Origin: Paecilomyces variotii | Lineage: Eukaryota | Assembly (NCBI GenBank): GCA_004022145.1 | Contig: RCNU01000010.1 | Length of the DNA stretch: 64,000 bases | Strand: one strand, 5' to 3' | Shown here: in pieces, positions 22,803 through 34,232 of the stretch | How the letters are laid out: every line of letters begins with the position of its first letter | Position numbering within the stretch: the first letter of the stretch is position 1 | Made by a program: the position numbers and the translations under genes | Notes under the pieces: model-generated | What the model saw: only the letters and a program-made list of their open reading frames with translations | Told to the model about the DNA's origin: nothing | The model's database searches: none

Positions 22803-24080
22803 TCGCGATAATACAAGATAGATTATCGCGATGATCTGCTGGAGCTCTTATTTCTTTTACTCCATTTCTCTCGTGTCAACCAAGGTTACGATTACAGCCG
22901 CCGATTTTCCCTTTCGCATTTTTAATTCATGACGCTGTACCAACGACTTTTCTTCTGGCTGTTTCCTTTTCGACTCTACATACTTAGCCCGGTATGCTTT
23001 AATTTTTTTTTTTCTTGCGTCTTTTCTCTGTATTTAAACCCACTCACAGGTATACCCACTGCGCGAGATATGTGGCTTCTTGATATATATGCATCTTAAT
23101 TATCACCATACCTGGCTCCTTCTTACCTGGCCCCCGGATCTTTGTACAGCTTTTGACTGTAGGCCACAAATGGATATAGAGTGGATATAGCATTACTGTC
23201 AAATAAGACATGAATTATAGCCTTTCTCAAGAAACAAAGGGTCTCTCATCAATACCTGCATTAGATTCTTTCCAACAGCAACCATACCTGAGTAAGCACA
23301 TGAGTGCCTCTTCAAACGTTTGATTCTTTTGAAAGTTTTCCATAGGAGGATCTTCTCGTACAGTGCGATTGCTAGCCTGTGACAAGGGTTAATACACAAA
23401 CGTACAAAAACCAATGACAAAGGCTAGCTTTTGAAATGGAGATAGTTTGTTAGTATTCAAGTCAGTTTTTAAAGGGAACAGGGGCTATGTTTTATGTCAT
23501 TGTCAGCCGCAAGTTCCCTTGCTAATTCAAGGGCTGAGAGCTATCTGCGGATTGTTCAAGGTTCACACAGTATACGTTCTGTTCTTCAAGTCTCCTTCAA
23601 AGTTCGAAAGACTCCTGCGAAGTTAATAGGCTTCAACAGAGGAACTCGCCATTCATTCGTTCAAAGGACCTAAAAACTAGTAGGGAGGCCCCCCGATTCT
23701 CAAACAATGAGATTGTCCTCAATACGTACAATGCTGGGTGACCAGTTTACTTCTCTTGGCTAGTCAATACAAATGTCCCTATTCAAGTAGCTATTCACAA
23801 TGATCCTTCAGTAGTCTTCTGCCTAGTCAAGCAACACCGACGGGGGAGGGAAGAGGACATAGGTGAATTGTACCGCTTCTGTGAAGCAGACTAGGCTAGG
23901 CTACTCAGTCATCCCACCAAGCTCTCGAGTTATTTCACTGCAAGCGTTCACTCTCACTTCTTCAATTCGACTGAAAGGCCACACAAACAAGAGCCAAGTG
24001 TTTAATCCAGTCTATTTTTGCCTGAGAAACGCTTCTTCGTCCCTGTTGGTGAGGGTATCAATCATCAAACTACCATCCAC

Positions 24081-25394
24081 ATGCCCACCATGATTAAAAA
24101 GGGACTGCGGAAGTTACTTGGGCGCAGAGATACTTGGAGATTGATCAAGGATCGAGGTCGAAAACTATTTCGATGCCTTGTCAAGCATAAACGTCCATCT
24201 CGTCCTCCTCCTCCACCATTTCCTGCTCCTTTTTCTCCTGGACCCCTTCCACGCGGTCCGCCTCCTCCACGTCCTCCGCGTCCTGCCAGCTTGTACTCCG
24301 TCCGTGATAGCTGGTTCGAGAATGCTTCTCCTGTATTCTCTCCAGAATTGAGACCTTGGATAACCCCTAACTGGGATATCGAGGCGAAAGAGACAGAGAT
24401 CGACCTCAGAACTCTGGACGAAATACTATCTTTCCCATCACCAGTTGTGTCTCTTGCTTCTTTGGCTCCGAAGCTGGTAGCCACTGATGAAGCAAAGAAA
24501 GACCTGGACATGTACCATAGCGGTACACATCCAGCTATCAACGGACCATGGCCGTGGGCCAATCTACAACAGTTCCGCGACGTTCTCATCGCGTGCATCA
24601 CGACCAAGATGACCATGTGCGAGATTGGACAGTTCCTTGAGATCATGTGTTATCGCAAGGACAAGCTCCTGGACTCGCTGGTCACTGTTATGGTCAATGA
24701 TCAAGACACCTACTGCGCAATCGGCCACACTATTCTCATGTGTTTTGGTCCTCGAGACGGACACGGCAATCCTTATTATGGGGGCATTGAGAACGGAGAT
24801 GAGAACATGAGACCTGCTCCGCCTGACAGGGAATCTGCCTTGATGGCTGACATTGATCCTCCCCATCAAGAACCGAAACACAATCACGAAACGAGATATC
24901 TCAAACCGTGGAGCATCTCAGACCAGGGCATAGACAATGGAGGAGACCAAGGAGGTAAAGTGGTTACAGATGGACTTCAGCTCAGACGGCTCCCGGTCGT
25001 GGTTCCGAACACGGAAAGGATAACTAGGAGCAGGTCATTGATCCCACGCAGGGTTACTGGAGTTGAAGGAATGGACAAGTTTTTGAAATCACATAGACGA
25101 GCCATAAGCTCAGTGGACCCAGACATGAGACCTATCTCACCGTTGCCCAACGACAGCGAGATAGCTCCCGTCAACGAAGCAGTTCCTGTCAACGAAGCAG
25201 CTCCCGAACATCAATATAATGAGCGTTCAGCGTGGAGTGACGACAGTGATCACGAAGAAGAAATTGTCCTTAAGCCCAGGCCCTGGAGCTTTCGTCACAC
25301 CAGGACTCTGAGTTGGATGTCAGGGTCTTCGATGAGGAGAAAAGCTCTTTCTGATCCTGGAGCTAGTTTCCATGGCAGCGCCGAAGGAGAGTGA
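24081..25394 (+). CDS. Hypothetical proline-rich protein, about 437 aa, intronless
   Basis: Long ORF with first ATG at 24081 (alternative 24090). Basic N-terminus, polyproline tract and internal PVNEA duplication. No family recognised. Confidence 0.7.
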   Translation: MPTMIKKGLRKLLGRRDTWRLIKDRGRKLFRCLVKHKRPSRPPPPPFPAPFSPGPLPRGPPPPRPPRPASLYSVRDSWFENASPVFSPELRPWITPNWDIEAKETEIDLRTLDEILSFPSPVVSLASLAPKLVATDEAKKDLDMYHSGTHPAINGPWPWANLQQFRDVLIACITTKMTMCEIGQFLEIMCYRKDKLLDSLVTVMVNDQDTYCAIGHTILMCFGPRDGHGNPYYGGIENGDENMRPAPPDRESALMADIDPPHQEPKHNHETRYLKPWSISDQGIDNGGDQGGKVVTDGLQLRRLPVVVPNTERITRSRSLIPRRVTGVEGMDKFLKSHRRAISSVDPDMRPISPLPNDSEIAPVNEAVPVNEAAPEHQYNERSAWSDDSDHEEEIVLKPRPWSFRHTRTLSWMSGSSMRRKALSDPGASFHGSAEGE

Positions 25395-26608
25395 GGATCT
25401 AAATAGTTCAGACGAAAACTGAACTATACACTCACTATCGATCATCTCATTGGCTTTCTTTTCTTTTCCCACGTGCCACATCAGACGAAGGCTAGACCCA
25501 GTTTGTACTGTCTCTACTTCCCACATCGTCTCATATCAGACGGATGGGCTCCTTCAGTTCAGATGCATGTTTCTCTTTATGCTGTCACTATTTTCCTTGT
25601 GGTCTACGGATCACAGATGGGTGGGCTCCTCAGTTCTAATGCTTTTCTTTGTGCTGTTTTTATTTCTTTACTTTGTTCCTAGCTGCATTTTGTTGAGCAG
25701 ATCGCCCTGGATTGTATGATATATTTATCAATACTTTCCTCGGTTTCCGAGACACGGACGCTCTAACGGCCAGATCTAATTGCTCAGATAGCCCCCCATC
25801 AGACGGCCTCGATAGTTTGAATGAAGATTTTGTTTTCACTAAATAGCAGTTTCCAGTACTCAAATCTCAAGTTGTACACGCTCGTCTGAGATTATCATAT
25901 TCTCACATACAGACACCACACCACACTACTATCACGAAATTACCACATGTCGAATCTAAATGATGCGGACGCAAGGCTAGGACTTCAACCTCTAACAGCT
26001 CACAGTTAGGTTACTTGCTTGACTCTTTCCTCGATAAAAAGACCTGAAGCTCTCCAGATACTAGCACTCACTCTCTGGCTATGACCCTACCCTGCGGTAA
26101 CTAGCTCTTCTGGCTGGCACTCGCATCACTGGTCTCGGTCTGGAATCTCTGGTGTTTACCGTGGTTGATCATCGTTGACCATTCGCGTCTCGACATGCGC
26201 TCGATTCCATTCGATCAATAGTGGTTGGTTATAGCTTCCAAAATGGAGAAAAGCAATCGAATAGTCTGCTCGCACGTGGTTGTAGTGTTGCCTTTAGAGA
26301 GTAACAGATGTACGGCAAACGAACCAATAAAGATGGATATTATTTATCGCGCCTGACAGAATAGATTAAATCTGGACCAAATCCAGAGCTCATGTAAGTC
26401 TCCAGAATCGTAACGTGTCCCATCCTGGATAGCAAGCAAGCAAGCAACCAGGATTCGCCAAAACAAAATGCGCGAAACGCAAACAGAGACTTCGCTCCCT
26501 CCACCTTTCCTTCAGCAAGGAGGCGCACAGAGGACGGACAGTCTCTATCTGCTCCCTAAACTGGCAGAGTAGGGGTAGCTAGGTATACCAAGACTTGGGG
26601 GGCTAACT

Positions 26609-26638
26609 AATGTCACTGAAGCGAATGTCACTGAAGCG
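26609..26638. repeat. Perfect 15-bp tandem duplication (aatgtcactgaagcg x2)
   Basis: Read directly from the sequence. Confidence 0.9.
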
Positions 26639-27155
26639 TCTTGCTGGATACAAAGATTATTGGCTGTCGTTCTGTACACACGTTGGGCGTAGCATGTTCC
26701 CAAGGTAACGCGTCTTCCAAGTGAGATGTACGCGTCCGTGGTATGTATCTATTTGGGTACTACGAAGCTAGCAGCTCATCCTTCTTCTCCAACCGCCAGC
26801 ATATAGCTGACAGACTGATGAAAAAGAGAGAATTGTTTTCCACATAGTGGAGGGTGCCAAAGAATACGCCTGCCAATGACCCGAAGGCCGTTGGACGGGT
26901 TGTTCCTCCGCGCTGTGCAATGCAGGGACCAACCCGTGGTGGACCGCCTTCATGATCGCAGCCACCCAAACAAGGTAAGTATGAAGAAAAGAAAGAAGAA
27001 AAAAGTCCAAAAGAACGGCGGGTGGGCGAAGTATTTATGCCTGTCGAGGGCCACGCTAAATTAAGCGAGTTTCTTACAAGGACCCTGATTGGGTGCCAGT
27101 TTGCGGCTGTGATGAGTAATCGTCATGTGATCAAACCTCCGCGGACCGCCGATAT

Positions 27156-27166
27156 GCATCACGTGA
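27156..27166. promoter_or_regulatory. E-box GCATCACGTGA (Cbf1/bHLH type) about 100 bp upstream of NAM9
   Basis: Contains the TCACGTGA palindrome; the identical 11-mer recurs upstream of the L12 gene. Confidence 0.5.
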
Positions 27167-27256
27167 GATCGGGCTCCCAGTGGCTTTTCGAAGTTTTGAT
27201 GCCGGTGAATAGCTAGGAGAGCAGGAAGTCGACTTGCTGTCTCAACGCCGCCCATC

Positions 27257-28742
27257 ATGAGAAACAGGGCTACGACGCCTTTGAAAGGCGGGGCGGTAAG
27301 CCTAAGTTTTCCTTCGTCTGAATTATTGGTATTTCTTTGCTAATCTGGTCATGCCGTTATAGAAAATCCGACAGTCATGGAGCAAGTACAACTTGTATAA
27401 CCTCAACCGTTTTCGAAACCCACCAACCGCCAACAAGACTTTCTTCCAGCAAAAATGGGCAGCCAAATCAATTGCTCGATCATACCACGGTGAACAGGTC
27501 CGGGAGAGCCAATGGGAGCGCATGTTCTCCCGTCGGTTGCGCAGTGTCGTGCCTATGAACCCTTCTCAGTTGGCTCAGGACGATGGCTCGCAGATTTCTG
27601 CAGGCCGTGGATCTGGCCTGGAAAAGCCTGGTCGCAGATCTGCCTCGTCTGTTCCACGAACTCCCTTCACACAGATGACTTTCGCTCCCTTGGAACGGCG
27701 GTTGGATGTAGCAATCTTCAGAGCTATGTTCGCTAGCAGCACCAGACAGGCCCGCCAGTTTGTCGTCCATGGAGCTGTCACAGTCAACGGGAAGAAGGTA
27801 CAGAATTGAGCTTATGGAGATTGCTTGCAATTAATACTAACTCGGCCCCAGATGAAATTCCCCGGCTACCTATTGAACCCCGGCGATCTCTTCCAAGTCG
27901 ACCCAGAAAGAGTCATGTTTGCCACCGGTGCCCCGAAAGATAAGCATGAACGTCGCGAAGGACGTCTTGCGAAAAAGTCCGCTGCCGCTGCTCAAGAGGC
28001 CGAAGAAGCAAATGCGGAAGAAGAGGCGGCTAAGGAAGCCAAGGATGAGGAGAAGCCAGAGGATGCCAAGGACGAGGATCCTCGGGAGACGTTGAAGACG
28101 CTCCTTGCCCAGGCCAAGACAATCATGTCGAGCAGCAAGGATGTTCTTCCGGCGAAGCGCAAGCAGGAGATCCGAGGCTTCCAAAAGGCTGTCAAGAGAG
28201 TCCTCTCGCGATCCCAGTCGAGCAGCGTGCTCACTGACAACCTGGAAGCTCAGTTCTCCGAGCTGACCTCTCTTCTCAGGGCGAAGAGAGCCGAAAAGGT
28301 CGAAGCGAAGGAGTCCAAGTCGGAAGGCGCTTCTGCCACCGAGTCTACGAAGTCAGCGAATGCTGCTACGGCTGCATCAGATGCCAAACCCGGTGAACAG
28401 CTTACTGAGGCGTTCCGAAAGGCCGCGCTGGATCCGGAGGGCCTGGATGGGGAATCCGCTTCAGAGCTCTCTGACGTCGAGTTTGACGTGTTGAAGCGCG
28501 CCCTTGAACAGCTTCGTGACAACCCTATCGACAGCACCAAGCCCTACGCGACCCCGTGGCGCCCGCGTGACTACATGAGTGCGTTTGCGTTCATCCCGAA
28601 ATACCTTGAAGTGAACCAGAACATCTGTGCTGCAGTGTATCTAAGACACCCCGTTGCACGTCCCGGCTTTTCGGAGGTTCCTACACCATTCGGAGAGGGT
28701 GTTGGTACCGCCGCATTTGCCTGGTATCTCAGGCGGCGGTAG
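27257..28742 (+). CDS. NAM9: Mitochondrial ribosomal protein uS4m (Nam9)
   Basis: Exons 27257-27295, 27363-27797, 27852-28742. [24 protein letters not shown]4 domain [34 protein letters not shown], and C-terminal [24 protein letters not shown]...AWYLRRR. Confidence 0.96.
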
Positions 28743-30610
28743 ATGCCTCGGAGGGAGATGTTCGTCGTTATTATACCTTTATTCTCTGTTTTCAGGACGT
28801 CTGTATTACTGGGTAGTTCTTTTTCCGCTTCTGCTCATGGATGTGGACGTCAGGCGAGCTGTCTTTGAGCCGCTATTTCCGGAGTTGATATGAGCACATC
28901 TGTACAACATGACCATGGCGACCGTGTAAATGCATCGAATAAGGAACCAATCTCTCATCTGATTCGTCTCTGACGATATTTTTGACACAACGTCTGTCTA
29001 TGCGTTAAGCAATGGTATCCCTTTCCGAGGTTTGGCTTTGAAACCCGGCGAGAGCTGCAGCAGCAGTCCGTAGAATTACCATACAGTAGTCCCTGCCTCC
29101 TCGATTGCCAGGAAACCCCAGTTCCAATGCGTATCTATCGCAATGCGTAATCCAACGTCCTGACTGAGTCTCAAGACATCGCCCTCATCTCTATATTGTC
29201 CGCAAAGGTGACATCGTCCCGAAGCTAGGTAATGCCCTCGACTGCTACGGTTCGGATGGTCCTGTGCTAAAACATGTACTGTTTACCGATGGTTTCACGA
29301 GAGACCTAAAAACACAAGTCTTGGCTGCAACGCCAACTTCTTCATTCGGCAGGATACTGCTCAGAATCGATGAAAGGTTATCGAGCACTGGTTTTTCAGT
29401 TGCGAACTCGTGCGCGTGTAAGCATCTCAGAAGACATCAATTGCAAGATCGTCATAACACTCATCGTAGCTCATGTGGACGAATATTAACTACATTTTGA
29501 ATTCATGCACAGTTCCGGAAAACCCCCTATCTAGTTTTGTTTACGGCCGTTTCTGATCGTCGAGGCCAGAAACAGGTGAATAATATGCTCACCGAAAGAG
29601 ATCTAACTATTGTCCCAGAAGAGCTTGACTAAGATTGGAGGCCTGGATCGTACTTCATGGATACTGCCAACTAGAGGTGAAGATCTTGAAACGTCGTGCG
29701 ATTCAAAGCTGAAGTGGCGCCATGTGAGAACCCTATTCTTCCTTCTCCGAAGCTGGCCATTGCTGCTACAGGTAATAGCCTAGTTATTCTGATAGCCAGC
29801 CGCTTACTGCGTGCGGCCCCTTCGCACGGGGCCGTTTGAGGTCGAGATATTTCAGCAGTCGGGCGTTTCATCCTTGCCCGTGAACCCTCAGAAAGCAAAG
29901 ATACCACCGAGCAGAACCCTATGAAGCACGGTTTTTCATAGATGCAACTTCCGGTTAGTATAGCACGGAGCGAATGACTCTGGCGAGACAGGGTACATTG
30001 ATACCGCTGTCCATTTTCTTAGCCCTTGGGGGACCTTCTAGCGTGAGCTTGAGAGGGCCATGATTCTCGACTCGGGATGCAAGAACAGGACAGGACAGGA
30101 CGTTTATGCTTCTGGTCTCAGATGTGAAAGACCTACTCCTGGCGCTTATTCCTTCCAAGTGTTCCTCACGATGGGCTCCTGCAGTATCAATGGTTTGACC
30201 TTTGATCGATCTCGGAGGTCTGACTATAGCTGCACTAGGGCTGTAATCGGATAGGTCCCGATCGGCTTGATTCAAGTCTTTACCCAACTCCAGCAATGGA
30301 TAAGACTTCAAAACATTCATGATACAATTCTCCACCATGGCGGGAATGAAAAAGGATTGTGAAGCCGAAGGAAATACCGATTAAACGGCATGCCTAAGCG
30401 GGAAGGGGCAATATCCTCACTATGTAGAAGGGGTACTTAATGACGATGGCCGGCTTCAGTCCCCTCGTTTTTTCTTGATCATCGTGGTTGAGCCAGATCT
30501 CCAGTGTAGTGTGTTTATTTCTTTCATTTCAAAACTTTCATTCTCCATATATTTTTTTCTTTTTTTTTTCTCATTCACCCGTGCAGGTCACGGCATATTC
30601 ATTCTTCGCC

Positions 30611-31953
30611 ATGTATTATCCATGTCTTGTTGCACTCTTTGGCCTTGCTGCGGGCGTCCACTCCCACGGAGTAATTCTAGCAGTTGCGGGAGAAAAGGGA
30701 TCCCCGGACAGTCAAGGTTTCCTTGGTAAGTCTATCTGTTGGAGCTCTATCTGTACTGAAGGTCCATACGTGATACTGATTCTTGCTATCCTAGTGAACA
30801 CTACTCTGCCAAGGAACTGTATCAACATCAGCCCTTGTCAGCAGGACACTACCATCCTTCGTGATGAGGAGATGAACCAGAATATCGTCAACACCTGTGG
30901 TCGCACTGAGCTTGCGGGCAATGTTGATGTCGGTCAGGAGACTGAGAAGGAACTCGCCGCCAACCGGGTAACATCAGTCCAGAAGGGCTCAACTCTAGCG
31001 GTTACGATCCATCAGGTGGGTTGCTTTCTCAAAGAATTATATATATTTTTGTTGGTGTTTACTGACCTGCTCCTTTAAGGTCAATGCTGATGGTGCCGGC
31101 CCTTATACCTGCGATATGGACCCGACGAGTAAGTCCAAGGCCACCCAGTTGTTATTGCGAACCCGTATCTTAACAAACGTGACGTATAGGCAACTCTTTC
31201 TCTACGAATGAGTTCATCAAATTGCAAGTGTCGAACAATGTCCCCGGCAAAAACGGTCTCTCTCAAGCCAAGTTCCAGAACTTCACCATGAATGTCCAGT
31301 TGCCAGACAACCTAAACTGCACTGGAGGTAAGATATACTAAAGACGACTGGGGATCCCAACACCCTGTCCCATGGGATATCCTTGCTGACTCCGAAATAG
31401 CTTCTACTGGAAACGTCTGCACCATCCGCTGCAGAAACAATGCCCTTGCAGGCCCGTTCGGTGGCTGCTTCGCTGTCAAGCAGTCGGACGGTACTGGTCG
31501 TACGAACTCCACTCCTGAGGCGATTACCACGGCCGCATCGCTGAGCGATATCCAGTCACAGATTGATGTCGACCAGCAAGACATTGGCGCTGCCCTTGAA
31601 GCTGCCAAGGAAGCCACCGCTGCCGGCCAGGATCCCAGCCTAGCAGAGATTTCCGGTTAGTAAATATCATGTTCCTTCTCTAGTATTGTCCAACAAGCTA
31701 TGCGGACCATAGCAATCTTGCTCAAACCAATAACTAACAATGCATGTCTAATTTAGCTCTCGCAACCAACGTTGCAGCTACTCCTGCAGCTACTCCCGCG
31801 GCCAGCAGCTCAGCTTCCAAGAAGCACAAGGGCAATAATGGCAACAAGAATAACAACAAGGCCAACAAGGGCAACAACCAAGATAACCAGAACAACCAAA
31901 GAAACCAGCGCGGACGAGTCCGCCGCATTCGCTCCCCCGGCTTCTATTCGTGA
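30611..31953 (+). CDS. Secreted Egh16/GAS-like (DUF3129) protein with Asn/Lys/Gln-rich tail
   Basis: Exons 30611-30725, 30795-31015, 31080-31128, 31190-31327, 31401-31655, 31757-31953. Signal peptide ending VHS-HGVI, PCQQDTTILR, CGRT, HQVNADGAGPYTC, NCTG and CTIRCRNNALAGPFGGCF are family hallmarks. Confidence 0.92.
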
Positions 31954-32811
31954 AGTCCCACATTATTCTCTCCTGATTTCAACAGTCAACCGTAGCTTTA
32001 CAGAAGAGAATAGATAGATGGAGGATGAACGAATGGGTGGATAGTCTAGCACTTGATTTTGTTTTGTATTCTGGTTATATAGGTAGTTTTCTAAAGCAAC
32101 TCGAGATTATTTTTAACATGGTTCGACTTTATTTGTATTTTTCGTTCTATTCTCTCTTTCGGTCCCTACCTACCTAACGTTTATGTGGAAATACTGCACT
32201 GTATTGTTAACAACATTAACGCATGGAGTATCTCGTTACACTGCCTGTTCATAGTCTGATTCTTTTACTTTTACTCTAGATAGAGTATTCTTACTGTGCT
32301 CTCGATCTTCGTTTGAGTCAAGTATGGATCATGTATAGTACCGATTATCATCAAAGAAATTCTTTTTTTTGTTGAAAGTTACATGTGTAATAATCCGATG
32401 TCAAACTACAGGAGAGAAAAATGGCTAGAGGATGTGGAAAAAGGCCCAGGAAAACAGCAAAGCAGATCTGGATTAGGAAGATTGTTAAGGCTTTTTTACG
32501 CAGGATCAGGATCAGGATCGAATGCGAGGTTCGTTTCTTTATTGCGTGTTCATATCATGAGAATATGTGTATATTAATCTTGCATAAAGGAGGAGATGAG
32601 ATGCACCTTTTATCTACGCGAGATGACGCAGATTAGGTTACATAAAAAGATAAATGGTTAGTTAGGGATTGATGGCTAAATTACAGATGACTACGTAGGA
32701 TGCGTTTCGCTTTTCACTCAAGCTTCCGAGATTCACCCCGGCTCCTGTCTCCGTCTCCGTCTGTTGCGTCCACATTCATGGCATTAAAGAAGAGGGTCTC
32801 TGAGACAGCAT

Positions 32812-34232
32812 CTAGTAGTAGAAGGTCTCGTCGACGGTGCGGCCTCTCATCCAGCGGGGCTCACTGCCACGGACGTAGATGTCCTCGTACAGGATGCGAG
32901 GGGTGGGGTCTGGGGCAGCCATCTGCTCAGCCTCGGCGACCTCAGCGTCAACGTTGGCACGGGCCTCCTTGTCGATACCCTTGAGCTCCTCCTCGGTGAC
33001 GACCTTCCAGTCGAGCATCTTCTGCTTGAGACCGGCAATGGGGTCGTTGGTGCTGCGCATGCGCTGGATCTCCTCACGGCTACGGTAGGTGGTACCCGGG
33101 TCGGACATGGAGTGACCACCGTAACGGTAGGTGACGAATTCGAAGACCAGAGGTCCCTTGCCAGAGGTGGTGTACTCCTTGCCGTACTGGACGGCAGCCT
33201 TTGTAGCAAGGACATCCATACCGTTAATCTTCAGACCAGGGATGTACTGGCCACGCTTGTAGTAGTCGGTGAGGGCGGAGGAACGAGCGGCGGAAGTACC
33301 CATACCGTACTTGTTGTCTAGTTGAAAGTTAGTCTTCTGCAATGTACCGTCAAAGGGCATCTTGTAGGAACTTGGGGGTAAACGTACTCTCACATCCAAA
33401 GATAACCGGAAGGTTCCACAGCTTGGCCATGTTGAACGCCTCGAAGACCTGACCCTGGTTGGAGGCACCGTCACCGTACAGGACGATACTGGTGGACTTC
33501 TCCTCATTGTACTGCTGGGCGAATGCCAGACCAGCACCAACGGGAACCTGGGCACCGACGATACCGTTACCACCGAAGAAGTTGTGGGTGAACATGTGCA
33601 TCGATCCTCCCTTGCCGTAGGCGATACCCTCGCGACGGCCCAACAGCTCTCCGATGATGGACTTGACGGTAGCACCGCGCATCAGCGCATAACCGTGGCA
33701 TCGGTACGCGGTGATGACCTTGTCGTCTCTGTCAATTCCGTGTTCGATACCGGTGGCAACCGCTTCTTGGCCGGTCGACAGATGGCAGAAACCTCGAATC
33801 TTCTTCTCCTTGTACAGACGGTCGGCGGCCAACTCCATACGTCTACAGCAGAACACAGGTTAAAGACGGTCTCCCCAGGGATACACGATCTATCTCTCGA
33901 TGATGCCTACCTGGTCGCAACCATATCGTAGTACATCTGCTTCAGCTCCTTCTTGGTGGTCTGCAAGGTGTATGGAGGCGGGTCGAGCTCGTAGGTCTCG
34001 AAGCTCTCGTCGGAGAGCGTGACAGTGAAGGGCTTGTCATCTTCCTACACGGCAAGAACAGGTCAGGTCGTGGTTGTCCCACGGAGAGAAGCGAGTTTGG
34101 TCGACGTACCTGGGGAATATCCTCAGCATGCGACGAAGCAGCATCAGTGGTGACAGATCGACGAGCAAGAGGAGCAAAGGCGTGACGCCTGAGCGGCGCA
34201 GCCTGGCGCGCCCAGATGGATCGCGAAAACAT
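32812..34232 (-). CDS. PDA1: Pyruvate dehydrogenase E1 alpha subunit, mitochondrial
   Basis: Exons 34232-34110, 34044-33911, 33842-33388, 33317-32812. [18 protein letters not shown] motif [10 protein letters not shown]...N and phospho-loop [14 protein letters not shown]. Confidence 0.98.

Noticed and set aside
27108..27210. GTGATGA resembling a snoRNA C box upstream of NAM9
   Set aside because: No suitably placed CTGA D box or terminal stem.
29955..30338. 127-aa minus-strand ORF with a good Kozak context
   Set aside because: No recognisable motif or codon bias, and it lies in the Egh16-like promoter region. It cannot be excluded but is unsupported.
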